Below, one piece after another: positions 19,573-30,444 of a stretch of 41,856 bases of DNA; the first letter of the stretch is position 1, and every line of letters starts with the position of its first letter. Source of the stretch: Bdellovibrionales bacterium (GTDB lineage: Bacteria > Bdellovibrionota > Bdellovibrionia > Bdellovibrionales > UBA1609); contig DAHVQG010000018.1 in the NCBI GenBank assembly GCA_027317865.1, positions 1 through 41,856 on the forward strand, written 5' to 3'. Both the position numbers and the translations under genes were made by a program. Under the pieces are notes generated by a model that did not search any database, was not told the origin of the DNA, and worked only from the letters and a program-made list of their open reading frames with translations.

Positions 19573-19633
19573 GCTCATCAATTTATTGGTCTGTAATGAC
19601 GGGGTCAAGGCATTGGTTTTGAAGTATAGAAGG

Positions 19634-20932
19634 TTACTTGATCAGATCGATACCAACATAAGGGCGTAGCACACCCGGAACCCTGACCGTTCCGTCTTCA
19701 TTTTGATAATTTTCAAGTACTGCAATAAGCGTTCGGCCGACGGCGAGACCCGAACCGTTTAAAGTATGTACAAAAAGCGGTTTATCCTTTGGACCTTCGC
19801 GAAACCGGATATTCGCGCGCCGCGCTTGAAAGTCTCCGCAGTTTGAACACGAACTGATTTCGCGATACGCCTTTTGCCCTGGCAGCCACACCTCAATGTC
19901 GTAACATTTCATCGCGCTAAAGCCGATATCGCCCGAACAAAGCGCCATTACCCGATAGGGCAATTCAAGCTGCCGCAAAATCTCTTCTGCGTCGGCGGTG
20001 AGTTTTTCGTGCGCCGCCTCGGACTCGCCTGGGCGGGTAAATTTCACCAGTTCAACTTTGTTGAACTGATGCTGCCGAATCAAACCCTTTGTGTCTTTAC
20101 CATAGCTGCCGGCTTCGGAACGAAAACAGGGTGAGTAGGCCACAAAAGACTTCGGCAAATCTTCACCATTTAAAATTTCGCCGGCGAAATAATTCGTGAC
20201 CGGAACTTCTGCTGTCGGCACAAGATAATATTCGGGGTTCGTAATCCAAAACACGTCGTCTTTAAATTTTGGGAACTGCCCCGTGCCTCGTAAACTATTC
20301 GCATTTACCAAAAATGGTGGAATAATCTCTTCGTAGCCGCGACCTGAATGTACATCCATCATAAACTGAATGAGCGCGCGCTCGAGCCGGGCTGCGGCTT
20401 TTCGTAAAAAGGCAAACCGAGCTCCTGCCACTTTGCCGGCGCGATCAAAGTCAAGAATCCCCAGCTTTTCTCCGATTTCAACGTGATCTTTCGGGGCAAA
20501 CGAAAAGGCGCGCGGCTCACCCACGCGGCGAACCTCTTGGTTTTGTTCCGACGAAGTGCCGACCGGAGTTGAGTGATGCAAAATATTCGGGAGCGTAAGA
20601 AGCGCATCGGTCACTTTGGCGTCGGCCTCAGAAGCTTTTGATTCCATAAGGTGAACGTCTTCGCTGAGCTTTTGCATTTCTTTTAAAAGCGTCTCCGCAT
20701 TTTGGCCCGACCGTTTGAGCTTTGCAATTTCACCGCTCACTTTGTTTTGTTTTGCCTTAGCGGTTTCAACTTCAGTCAAAAGTGCTTTTCGCTTTTTATT
20801 GAGTTCGAGCAGTTCATCAATGGCGCTCGGATGATATCCCCGGCCCTTAAGCGACAGCCGATAGCCCGTCTCAAATGGCTGGTTCATGAAACTGTTAAAT
20901 TCATTTTTTTCAAGCGCTCGGATATCAATCAT
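19634..20932 (-). CDS. serS: Serine--tRNA ligase
   Basis: N-terminal coiled coil, [39 protein letters not shown] and [13 protein letters not shown] motifs. Confidence 0.98.
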   Translation of the reverse strand: MIDIRALEKNEFNSFMNQPFETGYRLSLKGRGYHPSAIDELLELNKKRKALLTEVETAKAKQNKVSGEIAKLKRSGQNAETLLKEMQKLSEDVHLMESKASEADAKVTDALLTLPNILHHSTPVGTSSEQNQEVRRVGEPRAFSFAPKDHVEIGEKLGILDFDRAGKVAGARFAFLRKAAARLERALIQFMMDVHSGRGYEEIIPPFLVNANSLRGTGQFPKFKDDVFWITNPEYYLVPTAEVPVTNYFAGEILNGEDLPKSFVAYSPCFRSEAGSYGKDTKGLIRQHQFNKVELVKFTRPGESEAAHEKLTADAEEILRQLELPYRVMALCSGDIGFSAMKCYDIEVWLPGQKAYREISSCSNCGDFQARRANIRFREGPKDKPLFVHTLNGSGLAVGRTLIAVLENYQNEDGTVRVPGVLRPYVGIDLIK

Positions 20933-20938
20933 TTCGAA

Positions 20939-21235
20939 TTATGCTCCTGGAGCGACTAAGATATACATCCGAATTAAAAACCCCAGCAAGACGCAAATAA
21001 GCGCAAATGCGATGACCGCCCATAACCGCCACTTTTTGGCGATTCTTCCAAACAGTGCCATTGTTACAACGATCACCAGTACGAAAGAGAAATCACCATA
21101 GCCCGTAATTTCTTGCCCAATGAGCGCAAATGTTAATCCCAAAACAAAACCGACAAACAGCTTAAACAAGAAAAGAAGAAAGCTCCCCGATGAAGTTTTA
21201 ACTTTATATTGAAGATCTTCAATGAATTGGCCCAT
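20939..21235 (-). CDS. Small integral membrane protein (about 3 TM)
   Basis: 98 aa hydrophobic ORF, AAAGGA RBS, 6 bp from the serS start. Confidence 0.8.
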   Translation of the reverse strand: MGQFIEDLQYKVKTSSGSFLLFLFKLFVGFVLGLTFALIGQEITGYGDFSFVLVIVVTMALFGRIAKKWRLWAVIAFALICVLLGFLIRMYILVAPGA

Positions 21236-21293
21236 TGGTGGTTCCTTTCAATTGCCCGTGCGGCCCCTTGACGTCAGACTATCGAAGTCCTAC

Positions 21294-24107
21294 TTAACGT
21301 GACAAGAAGTTGATCCGCGACTGGACCTGCGCACGATCTGAAGCGTTAGGTGCTAAAGCCAGATATTCACTGTAAGCCGCAATCGCTTTTTGGCGATCAC
21401 CACGCGTGTCATAAATGGCCCCTTGCTCCTTCCAAACTTCAGGATTGCCCGAGTCCTGATCGTGGGCAATGTTGATCATCGCAAGCGCCGCGCCAAGATC
21501 GCCAGCCAAACGATAACAACGCGCCATTTTAACATACATTTCTGCGCCCTCTGGCCGAAGTTTCACAGCCTTCTGATATTCAGCGGCACAAAGACTATAC
21601 TGTTTAAGAGCCGTGTAGGCATCGGCGGCTAAAATATACGGATCGGCTAATTTTGGATTTTTCGCTTCTTCAAGTTTTGCTTGATCAAGTGCTTCTTCGG
21701 GGGCGTCGAGCATCAAAGCGGCGCGGCCGATTTCATAATTCACGAGAGGATAATTTTTGTTCACTTTCAATACGCGCTCAAATTGCGCTTGAGCATCAGT
21801 TGGCTTATGAGCTGCGAGATATAACATTCCCGTGTAAAACAGTGGTGTCGCGTCGGCGGGATCTAATGCGGCCGCCTTAAAAAAAGCCGTTAGTGCGTCT
21901 TCGTATTTGCCCTGACCCTCAAGTGCGCGGCCCAAGCCCATGTAGGCTGGTTTAAGTTGCTCACCGATACCAATAACTTGATTATAAACATTTTTTGCTG
22001 AGCGATAGTTTTGATTTTTCATATAGAGATCGCCGAGCGCCAGCCGATATTCGGTGATCATCGGATAAGTTGAAACTAAACGTTTAAGATATTCAATTCC
22101 AGCCCGGCTCCCTCTTGCACCACCGAGCGCATCGGCATAGGCGATCTGCGCACCCCGGCTATTCACATCGATTTCAACCGCGTGGCTTGCCGAATCAAAC
22201 GCCTTTGCATACTGGCCCAAATCAAGTTGTGCCTTAGTCAATGTAATGTACGCGTTCACATCGCCCTGATTGAGCTCAAGCGCTTTTTTTGCAAACTCAA
22301 CTGCGCCCTTCGAGTCATGGCGGCGCAGCTCGACAAGCGCGAATCCGTCCATAGCTTTGTAGCTTCGAGGCGACTCCTGAAAAGCCTGATTGAGCACTTG
22401 CCCCGCGGCCTCGTAGTTAAACTGTCGCGAATAGTAGTCGGCAAGCAGTGTATAGGCATCAATTAGCTTCGGGTCAGCGCTAATGGCCTTATTTAACCAG
22501 TCGATCGCCTCAGAGGACAAACTCAACTTCCATAGGCATTTTGCGGCCTTCATGGCAGCAACGCCGTTTTTCGGATTGGTTTCAAACGCTTCTTTATAGT
22601 GCGCTTGCGCCGAGTTGAGATCCCCTTCGCGGTAAAGCTGGTCCCCTTCGTAAACTAGCTGAAGATCTTCGACGTGAGTGTTTAAGAGCGTTTTTTCCCC
22701 GCCTAACTGCAAAATAATTTGTTTTGCTCGCGCATTGAGAGAGTTGAACGTGTATGCTTTTTGCGCGTACTTAAGCGCTTGAGCTTGGCGCCCAACCGAA
22801 AGCTCCCAATCGGCAAGCGCTACATATCCTTTTGCTAAAATTTCTTGCGGCGCCCGCTCCGAGGAAGACAGCGCTTGCTCGAGAAGAGAGCGCCCGTCGT
22901 TTGGATCATGAAGATATCGCAAATCCAAAATTCCGAGCTCGATTTGTGCGACTTTATGATTCGGATTTACTTTTAAAACGGCCTGAAACCGGCTGGCCGC
23001 TTCTTCGTACTTCTTAAGTTCAACAAGAATTTGCGCCTCATATGAAAATAGTCCGAGCCATTGGGGCCAAAGCTGTTCGGCGGTTTGCACATACCCAAGG
23101 GCCGCGGTTGGATTGTTGTTTAAATCCAATAGTCGCGCCTTTAAATAGTAAAAGGCAATCGGGGGTTGCCCCTTGTTCCCGTTAAAACTGTCGAGCACAG
23201 ACTCGGTCAAATTCTGCGCTTCGACATACCTCCCCCTGGCTATGAAATCGACAACTCGGCAAACTGCGGTGTCGTTGCTGGCCGGGTCGACAGAGCTGGC
23301 AAGTTGAATCGCTCGCGTGAGAGCAAAAAAATCGTGGGAGTCTTGCTGCGCGTACGGCCAAAGCTCGAGATAGTTCAAGCACAAAAGCGCGACGTCGCCC
23401 GAGTCATTAGGACTGCCGCTTAATATCTCAACAAGTTGCTCTTCAGACTGTACATAGCTTGAAAATGTGTCTTGCGAAAACGCACGCATAGCCCGCGCTT
23501 CTTTGACCTTAATTTGGGCCGAAGTTAAAAGCGGCCCCCCCGTTTTCGGGATCAGCAAATGGATCCGGCCCGCCGACCAACGGTTTGAGGTGCTCGTGAA
23601 ATAAAATGCGGCGGCAACGGCAAGTAAAACAACCATCGCTGACATTCCAATATTTTTGAAACGGTACTTCTTCACGAGCTTGTCGCGCTTTTTTAACTCA
23701 ATTACTTTTGTCTTATCTGGGATTGGTTCTTTTTCTGGCTCGAGCTTTACGACCTTTACGCGATGAACTCGATTTTTCGAATCTTGGTTTTTATCGCCAT
23801 GCGGTTTTGACTTTTCGCCATTTTTTTCATCCCATGCGTGTTTTGATGGGCCTGGAGTCGCCTGGCTGGGGCGAACGTCGGCGCGATCATTTTCTAACAG
23901 TTCAAGTAAGCGGTCATAAAACTGCGGGTCTTTGCTAATGGGTATCCATTCGGCACCCGGGTAAAGCGCCACAAGTTCGTCGCCGTAGAGTTCGCCGCTT
24001 GAGATTTTTGCCAGTACTTCATCCGTTGTGAATGGCCCACTCACTTGACCGTAGGAGTTTTTTAATAACCAGCGCTGTTGACCGGGCGTCGCCACTTTGA
24101 TCCTCAA
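21294..24107 (-). CDS. GYF_2-like domain + TM + long TPR-repeat protein
   Basis: N-terminal W...GQVSGPFTTDEV...G.L..D.LV....W.P (GYF_2-like); one TM at about aa 153-170; many TPR repeats (A..L.P..A.A). Confidence 0.85.
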   Translation of the reverse strand: MRIKVATPGQQRWLLKNSYGQVSGPFTTDEVLAKISSGELYGDELVALYPGAEWIPISKDPQFYDRLLELLENDRADVRPSQATPGPSKHAWDEKNGEKSKPHGDKNQDSKNRVHRVKVVKLEPEKEPIPDKTKVIELKKRDKLVKKYRFKNIGMSAMVVLLAVAAAFYFTSTSNRWSAGRIHLLIPKTGGPLLTSAQIKVKEARAMRAFSQDTFSSYVQSEEQLVEILSGSPNDSGDVALLCLNYLELWPYAQQDSHDFFALTRAIQLASSVDPASNDTAVCRVVDFIARGRYVEAQNLTESVLDSFNGNKGQPPIAFYYLKARLLDLNNNPTAALGYVQTAEQLWPQWLGLFSYEAQILVELKKYEEAASRFQAVLKVNPNHKVAQIELGILDLRYLHDPNDGRSLLEQALSSSERAPQEILAKGYVALADWELSVGRQAQALKYAQKAYTFNSLNARAKQIILQLGGEKTLLNTHVEDLQLVYEGDQLYREGDLNSAQAHYKEAFETNPKNGVAAMKAAKCLWKLSLSSEAIDWLNKAISADPKLIDAYTLLADYYSRQFNYEAAGQVLNQAFQESPRSYKAMDGFALVELRRHDSKGAVEFAKKALELNQGDVNAYITLTKAQLDLGQYAKAFDSASHAVEIDVNSRGAQIAYADALGGARGSRAGIEYLKRLVSTYPMITEYRLALGDLYMKNQNYRSAKNVYNQVIGIGEQLKPAYMGLGRALEGQGKYEDALTAFFKAAALDPADATPLFYTGMLYLAAHKPTDAQAQFERVLKVNKNYPLVNYEIGRAALMLDAPEEALDQAKLEEAKNPKLADPYILAADAYTALKQYSLCAAEYQKAVKLRPEGAEMYVKMARCYRLAGDLGAALAMINIAHDQDSGNPEVWKEQGAIYDTRGDRQKAIAAYSEYLALAPNASDRAQVQSRINFLSR

Positions 24108-24240
24108 TATTTACTACTAGAGTCTCATTTTGAAACCAAACGACCAACCTGGAGCCCCAAAATTGAACCATGTAGTTATTTTATGCTAAGCATTAATTGC
24201 CCATAAATTCAACCAGTTAGATCTGAGCAATTTTTATAAT

Positions 24241-24256
24241 TGGCATCGCATTTGCT
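24241..24256 (+). promoter_or_regulatory. Sigma54 -24/-12 promoter
   Basis: TGGCAT-CGCAT-TTGCT, close match to TGGCAY-N5-TTGCW, about 70 bp before ATG 24327. Confidence 0.7.
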
Positions 24257-24326
24257 TATGCCTGTTGTTGAACTGTTCCAATGTCGAGATTGCGAGTGAT
24301 CGCAGTTTTTAAAATAGGGGGCAACC

Positions 24327-25025
24327 ATGAAATTTTTGAAACCCACTCGGCCAACAATAATTACGATTGCGGTTTTAATGCTCTTATCAGCAATTATAAC
24401 TTGGGCGTCATTTTCATTTGCGGCAAATTTGCACCCCGCCACAATATCGAATGCTCAGTTTCAATTTCACCCCGATTCGATGATCATGCAAATATCTGGT
24501 CGACTCCCCAATCCTTGCGCTTACGAACCGCATCCTGTTTTGGTGCGTACTCAAAACCCCCACATTTTGGCGCTTACAGTAGCTGTTAAACAATCCGCCG
24601 GTGAATGTATCGATATGGTTGGCGGCAGCTACCAACTTGCCTTTGATGTTCGCTCTTTAAAATTTGACCTTATCCGTCTTCACCTTAACACCAATGCGGA
24701 CTACAACATTGTTGCCGAAAATGGCGCTATTAATTTTAATATCAACTTTTCAAATATTCCCTTCACCCGCCCATTTGCTACCGATGTCATTCAAAATGCG
24801 GTGTTAACAGCCGGTCAAAATGGTACTTTTATTGCTTCAACTCCAGGCGGGAAACAACTCGTAATGGACAGCCCGCTTATCAATTTGAATCAATTTAAAG
24901 GCCAAAATGTCGAAGTTGAAGGTTATCTTCTCAACATCACCCGCCCAGGATTTTCTCTTACGCAATCCGTGACCGATCAACCAACTCTTATGTTAGTGAC
25001 AGGTTTAACCAGTACTTCGAACTGA
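24327..25025 (+). CDS. Hypothetical secreted beta-rich protein
   Basis: Signal peptide (SFA|A); G.LPNPC and CIDMV Cys pair; flanked by a sigma54 promoter and a terminator. Confidence 0.72.
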   Translation: MKFLKPTRPTIITIAVLMLLSAIITWASFSFAANLHPATISNAQFQFHPDSMIMQISGRLPNPCAYEPHPVLVRTQNPHILALTVAVKQSAGECIDMVGGSYQLAFDVRSLKFDLIRLHLNTNADYNIVAENGAINFNINFSNIPFTRPFATDVIQNAVLTAGQNGTFIASTPGGKQLVMDSPLINLNQFKGQNVEVEGYLLNITRPGFSLTQSVTDQPTLMLVTGLTSTSN

Positions 25026-25064
25026 TGCCCTCCCCAATAATCAGCCCGTCGTACATGATTGACG

Positions 25065-25102
25065 CCCGAGCTCTTCGGCCCCTCCGATAGCTCGGGTTTT
25101 TT
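25065..25102 (+). terminator. Rho-independent terminator
   Basis: CCCGAGCT...AGCTCGGG stem followed by T6. Confidence 0.8.
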
Positions 25103-25105
25103 ATT

Positions 25106-26359
25106 TTAATGCGTCCGCTGTATGCTTGCGCCAAGGCTTTCTAATTTCAACTCAAGCTGTTCGTAGCCCCGGTCGAGGTGATAAATTCGATTTACCCGAG
25201 TTTCGCCGTTTGCAACTAATCCCGCTAATACAAGACAGGCGCTGGCGCGAAGATCTGTCGCCATGACGGGTGCGCCTTGCAGTGACCCGCGGTGACCCCG
25301 CACAACGGCAACGCGCGTTTTAGGAGTTATATCAGCCCCTAGACGAACCAGCTCTTGAACATGCATGAATCGATTTTCAAAAATGGTTTCAGTAATAACG
25401 CTTGTCCCATCCGCTTGTGTCATGAGTGCCATAAACTGCGCTTGCAAATCCGTCGGAAACGCGGGATGCGGAGCCGTAGTAAGGTCAACCGCTTGCCAAG
25501 CCGACGACTTTTCAATCGTTACACTGTCGCGCTCCGCGTGAATTGTAAAACCGCTTTCGCGTAATTTTTCGATAAGTGATTGAATGTGACTCGGGCGAGA
25601 CTTTGTAACTGTAATTCCCCCGCCGGTGATCGCGCCGGCAATCAGTAGCGTACCCGTTTCGATTCGATCGGGAATAATTTCGTGCTCTGCCGGCTTAAGC
25701 GAACTTACGCCTTCAATTGTAATAATACTTGTTCCCGCCCCTGATATTTTCGCGCCCATTTTATTTAGGTATTGGGCAAGATCGACGATTTCTGGTTCTT
25801 TAGCCGCGTTTTCGAGTCGCGTAATTCCGTCAGCCAAAACGGCGGCCATCATGACGTTTTCGGTGCCGCCAACCGTTGTGGTTTCAAATAAAATTGTAGT
25901 GCCCCGTAGTTTTTCTGCCTTTGCCACGACATAGCCGTTTTCCATTTGAATTTCGGCGCCAAGGGATTTCATCCCTTCAAGGTGAAGGTCTATGGGGCGC
26001 GTCCCAATTGCACATCCGCCAGGCAAACTCACTTGAGCTTGACCAAATTTACCAATAAGCGGGCCCAAACACAGGATGCTCGCTCGCATTTTTCGGACTA
26101 CTTCATAGTGCGCCTCAAGAGATTTTAATTTTTTAACTTTAACGCGAAGGACCTGGCCATCGCGCTGTGTTTCGCAGCCAAATAAATTCAGCAGTTCACA
26201 AGTTGATTCGATGTCCTTAAGCCTGGGAGTATTATAAAAAACGTGTTCGCCTTCGGCGAGAAGGGTCGCAAATAGGAGCGGCAAGGCAGCATTTTTAGCC
26301 CCGCTTGCGCTGACTTGTCCGTTTAATTGCCGACCACCGCGTACGACCATTGCGTCCAT
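25106..26359 (-). CDS. murA: UDP-N-acetylglucosamine 1-carboxyvinyltransferase
   Basis: [24 protein letters not shown] (catalytic Cys), FPTDLQ, DLRA and HLDRGYE motifs. Confidence 0.98.
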   Translation of the reverse strand: MDAMVVRGGRQLNGQVSASGAKNAALPLLFATLLAEGEHVFYNTPRLKDIESTCELLNLFGCETQRDGQVLRVKVKKLKSLEAHYEVVRKMRASILCLGPLIGKFGQAQVSLPGGCAIGTRPIDLHLEGMKSLGAEIQMENGYVVAKAEKLRGTTILFETTTVGGTENVMMAAVLADGITRLENAAKEPEIVDLAQYLNKMGAKISGAGTSIITIEGVSSLKPAEHEIIPDRIETGTLLIAGAITGGGITVTKSRPSHIQSLIEKLRESGFTIHAERDSVTIEKSSAWQAVDLTTAPHPAFPTDLQAQFMALMTQADGTSVITETIFENRFMHVQELVRLGADITPKTRVAVVRGHRGSLQGAPVMATDLRASACLVLAGLVANGETRVNRIYHLDRGYEQLELKLESLGASIQRTH

Positions 26360-26363
26360 ATCA

Positions 26364-27248
26364 CTATCCTTCTCGCTCGGCCCAAATTAATCGATCGTGG
26401 CCCGCGTAATCTTGAATGATATCATGATGTGTAAATACTTTTGAGTCATAAAAAAGCTGCTCAACCATGCGCGCCTGATTGGAGCCGAATTCAAAACCCG
26501 CAGCCGCGCGTCCCGATTTTACTAAATTGCGTAGTTCCGCAATCCACCGCGCCGCAATTTCAACTCCACCACGGCCAGGCGAAAACAGTGCAATGTGCGG
26601 CTCATAAGCTTTTACACCGGGCTCGACTCTCGGATCGACTTCATCAATATAGGGCGGATTTGCTAAAACGACATCAAACCTTTTGCCCTCTAACAATTGA
26701 CTGCATTTTGCCGCATCCCCTCTAAGAAATTTTATGCGGTTTTCAACGCCATAAGCTTTTGCATTTTCAAATGCGACCTCTATTGCGCCATCTGAAATGT
26801 CAATGGCCGTGGCTCGAACCTCTGGGAGCAAATGAAGTAGCGTCACAGTAATACAGCCACTCCCAACTCCTAACTCTAACATGTCGACAGTTTCATTTCG
26901 TAGATAGTGATCGCGGACCCATTCAATAGCACGCTCGACTAAATGTTCCGTTTCGGGGCGTGGAATTAAAACGTTTGAATTCACTTTGAATTTAAGGCCA
27001 AAAAATTCTTTCTCGCCCAAAATGTATGCAAGCGGCTCACCAGTTAGGCGCCGGGCGAGAAGCCCGTCTATAGCCGCCATTTCTTCACCTTTCACAATTC
27101 TTTCGGGCCGTCTAATTCTGTCAATGGGGTCCAGCTGTAAAACGTGACTCAAAATCCATTCCGCTTCGAGGTTACTTGAGTCAACGCCCCCAGCGTGAAG
27201 TCGGTCGCGCACCGATAAAAATAACTCTTTAACTCTTATCGTTTTCAT
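26364..27248 (-). CDS. prmC: Release factor glutamine N5-methyltransferase
   Basis: [27 protein letters not shown] and NPPY motifs; ATGA overlap with prfA. Confidence 0.96.
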   Translation of the reverse strand: MKTIRVKELFLSVRDRLHAGGVDSSNLEAEWILSHVLQLDPIDRIRRPERIVKGEEMAAIDGLLARRLTGEPLAYILGEKEFFGLKFKVNSNVLIPRPETEHLVERAIEWVRDHYLRNETVDMLELGVGSGCITVTLLHLLPEVRATAIDISDGAIEVAFENAKAYGVENRIKFLRGDAAKCSQLLEGKRFDVVLANPPYIDEVDPRVEPGVKAYEPHIALFSPGRGGVEIAARWIAELRNLVKSGRAAAGFEFGSNQARMVEQLFYDSKVFTHHDIIQDYAGHDRLIWAEREG

Positions 27249-28321
27249 ACTGCGGACTGCTGTGATTTCAATGCTTCGGCGCGAAAGTGTGTCATCACGG
27301 GGTCAACTACGATTTCAAAATGACCGTCCATCACTTCGCTTAATTGATGCGTGGTAAATCCAATTCGGTGATCCGTTATACGCGACTGTGGAAAGTTGTA
27401 GGTCCGTATCCTTTCAGAACGGTCCCCGGTGCCAATTTGAGAAAGACGCGCATCCGATGCCTCTTTGCGTGATTTCTCTTCTTCGATTGCCAATAATTTC
27501 GCGTACAAAATCTGCATGGCCCGTTGCTTATTATCAAGTTGCGATTTCGCCTCTTGGCAAGCCACAAAAATTCCAGTCGGTATATGAGTAACTCGCACCG
27601 CAGATTCTGTTCTATTGACCGATTGACCCCCTGCCCCGCTTGCGCGCATTACATCAAATCGCAAATCGGCCGGATTAATGTGAACATCGACCTCATCGGC
27701 TTCGGGCAATACAGCAACCGTCACTGTTGATGTATGGATTCGCCCTTGCGTTTCGGTTTTTGGCACCCGCTGAACGCGGTGCACGCCACTTTCGTACTTT
27801 AGAAAGCTAAATACCTTTTCTCCTTGGATCATCGCAATGACCTCTTTAAACCCGCCAACGTTACCAAGCGAAGCGGACACTAAGGTCACCTTCCACCCTT
27901 TGTGCGCGGCAAATAACGAATAAGCACGAAAGAGTTCCTCGGCAAATAAACTTGCTTCATCGCCACCGGCGCCCGCGCGAATTTCAAGCACAATATTTTT
28001 TTCGTCGTTAGGATCTTTTGGAATTAACTGTTCTTTTAGTTCGCTTTCAAGCGCGATCAATTCTTTGTCTAAATCGCTAAGATCAGAGCGAATGAGTTTT
28101 CGCATCTCCTCGTCTTTTTCGCTACCTAGCAACACCTTATTTTCTTCGATGTTTTTTTGCACTAGTTTATAGCGCCGAAAAACAACAACGATCTTTTCCA
28201 GTTCTGCGTATTCTTTCATTAGCTTGCGATAAGACGCCGGATCATCGGTAACCCCCGGAGCCTGCAAATCAGAACTCAGTTTTTCGAACTTCTTTTCAAC
28301 ATCAGCTAATTTTTTGAACAT
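27245..28321 (-). CDS. prfA: Peptide chain release factor 1
   Basis: GGQ motif, PxT (VPKTE) specificity motif, [14 protein letters not shown]. Confidence 0.97.
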   Translation of the reverse strand: MFKKLADVEKKFEKLSSDLQAPGVTDDPASYRKLMKEYAELEKIVVVFRRYKLVQKNIEENKVLLGSEKDEEMRKLIRSDLSDLDKELIALESELKEQLIPKDPNDEKNIVLEIRAGAGGDEASLFAEELFRAYSLFAAHKGWKVTLVSASLGNVGGFKEVIAMIQGEKVFSFLKYESGVHRVQRVPKTETQGRIHTSTVTVAVLPEADEVDVHINPADLRFDVMRASGAGGQSVNRTESAVRVTHIPTGIFVACQEAKSQLDNKQRAMQILYAKLLAIEEEKSRKEASDARLSQIGTGDRSERIRTYNFPQSRITDHRIGFTTHQLSEVMDGHFEIVVDPVMTHFRAEALKSQQSAV

Positions 28322-28368
28322 CTCGCCACTTTTTTCTTTGCAAACCGGTACGCTTTCAACTATATAAT

Positions 28369-28479
28369 TTTTTCACAATTTTGGTTCATCGCTGTATTGA
28401 ACAACTACTCTTTTCATGGGCCGGTTTCTTGGCTTTTGAACATTGTTAATTACGGTAGTTATTCACATACTTATCCACG
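28369..28479 (+). promoter_or_regulatory. Cluster of DnaA-box-like 9-mers
   Basis: TTTTTCACA (28369), TTATTCACA (28459) and TTATCCACG (28471), all in the same orientation in an AT-rich intergenic region. Confidence 0.5.
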
Positions 28480-28560
28480 ATTATATATGAAGGCCAGCGG
28501 CTAATTTTAGTTTTGCCTCTGGGTCACTATAATTTGTTTTATTATAGTAATTTCAAATGG

Positions 28561-30177
28561 TTACTGCCCGCCCATACCTTTAAGAAAATCGGCATTGGTC
28601 TTAGAGCCTTTCATTTTATCAAGCAGAAACTCCATGCTATCCACAACGTTCATCGGCGCTAACACTTTGCGCAGTATCCACAGGCGATTTAAGTCTTCCT
28701 TTTTTATCAGCAGATCTTCTTTTCGCGTCCCCGATTTATTTATGTCCATGCAGGGGAAGATCCGCTTTTCCATCAGCTTACGATCAAGGTGAATTTCAGA
28801 ATTGCCTGTTCCTTTGAATTCTTCAAAAATGACCTCGTCCATACGCGAACCCGTATCGATCAGTGCCGTTGCAATAATCGTAAGGCTTCCGCCTTCTTCG
28901 ATATTTCGTGCCGCACCAAAAAACCTTTTAGGCTTATGGAGCGCATTCGAATCAACACCGCCGGATAAAATTTTGCCCGACGGCGGCACAACCGTATTGT
29001 AAGCACGAGCAAGCCGGGTAATAGAGTCGAGCAAAATTACAACGTCATGCTTGTGTTCGACCAATCGTTTGGCCTTTTCGATGACCATTTCGGCAACTTG
29101 CACGTGGCGAGTTGGTGGTTCATCAAATGTTGAACTAATCACTTCGCCCTTTACGGAGCGAGCCATGTCTGTGACTTCTTCTGGTCGCTCGTCAATGAGA
29201 AGAACGATGAGTTTGACCTCAGGATGATTAGCCGAAATTGCATTGGCCACATTTTGCATCAGTACTGTTTTTCCGGTTCGCGGAGGAGCCACAATCAATG
29301 CGCGTTGGCCTTTACCTAGGGGCGCCATCATATCCACAACACGCGTCGTCCACTCGGTGGGCTGCCATTCCAGAGTGAGCCGTTTATTCGGATATAGGGG
29401 TGTCAGGTTATCAAATAAAATTTTGTTTTTTGAATTTTCTGGCGGTTCAAAATTAAGCGCGTCGACTTTTAGAAGCGCAAAATACCGCTCACCCTCTTTC
29501 GGCGGTCGCACAGTTCCGGTAACCGTGTCGCCAGTACGAAGGCCAAAACGACGAATTTGAGAGGGGCTTACGTAAATATCGTCAGGTCCCCAAAGATAGT
29601 TGTAATCGGGAGAACGCAAAAACCCATATCCGTCAGGCAGAATTTCGAGTACGCCATTGCCGTAAATATCACCGAGCAATGCCGCCCGTTTCAATATTTC
29701 AAATATAATATCTTGCCGACGTAAACCGGCCGCATTTTCAATTTTTAGCTTTTCAGCCAAATTTATAATGTATTGAATGTCTTTTGATTTAAGGTCTTTG
29801 CTCGAAAGTGCCTTTTTTTCTTCATCAGTTAAATTAATTTCAGCTAGATCGGCCGCAGTAACGGGCGTAATTGTCGGCGTTGGACCCGCCCCTTCGTCAT
29901 CATAACTGCGCCCTTGATTCCGATGTTGGTTGTTTTGATTACGATACCCATTTTGTTGGCGCCCACCGTTTCTCTGTTGTCGCGGATAATTTTGTTTTGA
30001 ACCGCGCCCCTTGTATCGGTCTCGCCGGGCCTCACCCCCGCCATCGTCAGCGGAATGTGCCGCTTCGCTCGGCCGCTCAGGCTGCGGTGATGAGCCTGCG
30101 CTAGCGCCCTCTGGGGCCGTGGCGTTGTTTTCAGGGGAACTGGCCTTCACTTGGGTAGATTCTGAGCTATCTGACAT
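28561..30177 (-). CDS. rho: Transcription termination factor Rho with N-terminal extension
   Basis: [43 protein letters not shown] and FEEFKGTGN motifs. Confidence 0.98.
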   Translation of the reverse strand: MSDSSESTQVKASSPENNATAPEGASAGSSPQPERPSEAAHSADDGGGEARRDRYKGRGSKQNYPRQQRNGGRQQNGYRNQNNQHRNQGRSYDDEGAGPTPTITPVTAADLAEINLTDEEKKALSSKDLKSKDIQYIINLAEKLKIENAAGLRRQDIIFEILKRAALLGDIYGNGVLEILPDGYGFLRSPDYNYLWGPDDIYVSPSQIRRFGLRTGDTVTGTVRPPKEGERYFALLKVDALNFEPPENSKNKILFDNLTPLYPNKRLTLEWQPTEWTTRVVDMMAPLGKGQRALIVAPPRTGKTVLMQNVANAISANHPEVKLIVLLIDERPEEVTDMARSVKGEVISSTFDEPPTRHVQVAEMVIEKAKRLVEHKHDVVILLDSITRLARAYNTVVPPSGKILSGGVDSNALHKPKRFFGAARNIEEGGSLTIIATALIDTGSRMDEVIFEEFKGTGNSEIHLDRKLMEKRIFPCMDINKSGTRKEDLLIKKEDLNRLWILRKVLAPMNVVDSMEFLLDKMKGSKTNADFLKGMGGQ

Positions 30178-30308
30178 AGTACTCTCTTAATGTATTCGTT
30201 TTTTGGCAATTTTTTGGGTCATGGTCTTTTTCTTATGGTAGCCTTATTTCAAAGGGCCCCAGCTTTATGCCGTGAATTGTGGTTGGATATCTCTTGTCTA
30301 ACGAGTTC

Positions 30309-30324
30309 ATTATAGCATTGTCAA
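30309..30324 (-). promoter_or_regulatory. Extended -10 sigma70 promoter candidate for rho
   Basis: Minus strand TTGACA-A-TGCTATAAT: TGnTATAAT about 130 bp upstream of the rho start. Confidence 0.5.
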
Positions 30325-30389
30325 CACGATAATCCCTTAGAAATTATTTATAATTACGACAACTGTCTCATTTTGAAGCAAATGGGCTC

Positions 30390-30417
30390 TAAACTTTTAT
30401 CCCATATCCTCCGATAT
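30390..30417 (+). promoter_or_regulatory. Sigma28 (FliA/SigD)-like promoter for the PilZ gene
   Basis: TAAA-N16-TCCGATAT about 27 bp before ATG 30445. Confidence 0.5.
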
Positions 30418-30444
30418 AGTGAATGAGTTTAGGGGGTTAAAAAG

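Noticed and set aside
28522-28552. dif-like appearance of the palindrome after rho
   Set aside because: The central spacer between putative XerC/XerD arms would be 9 bp rather than 6, and the arms match poorly
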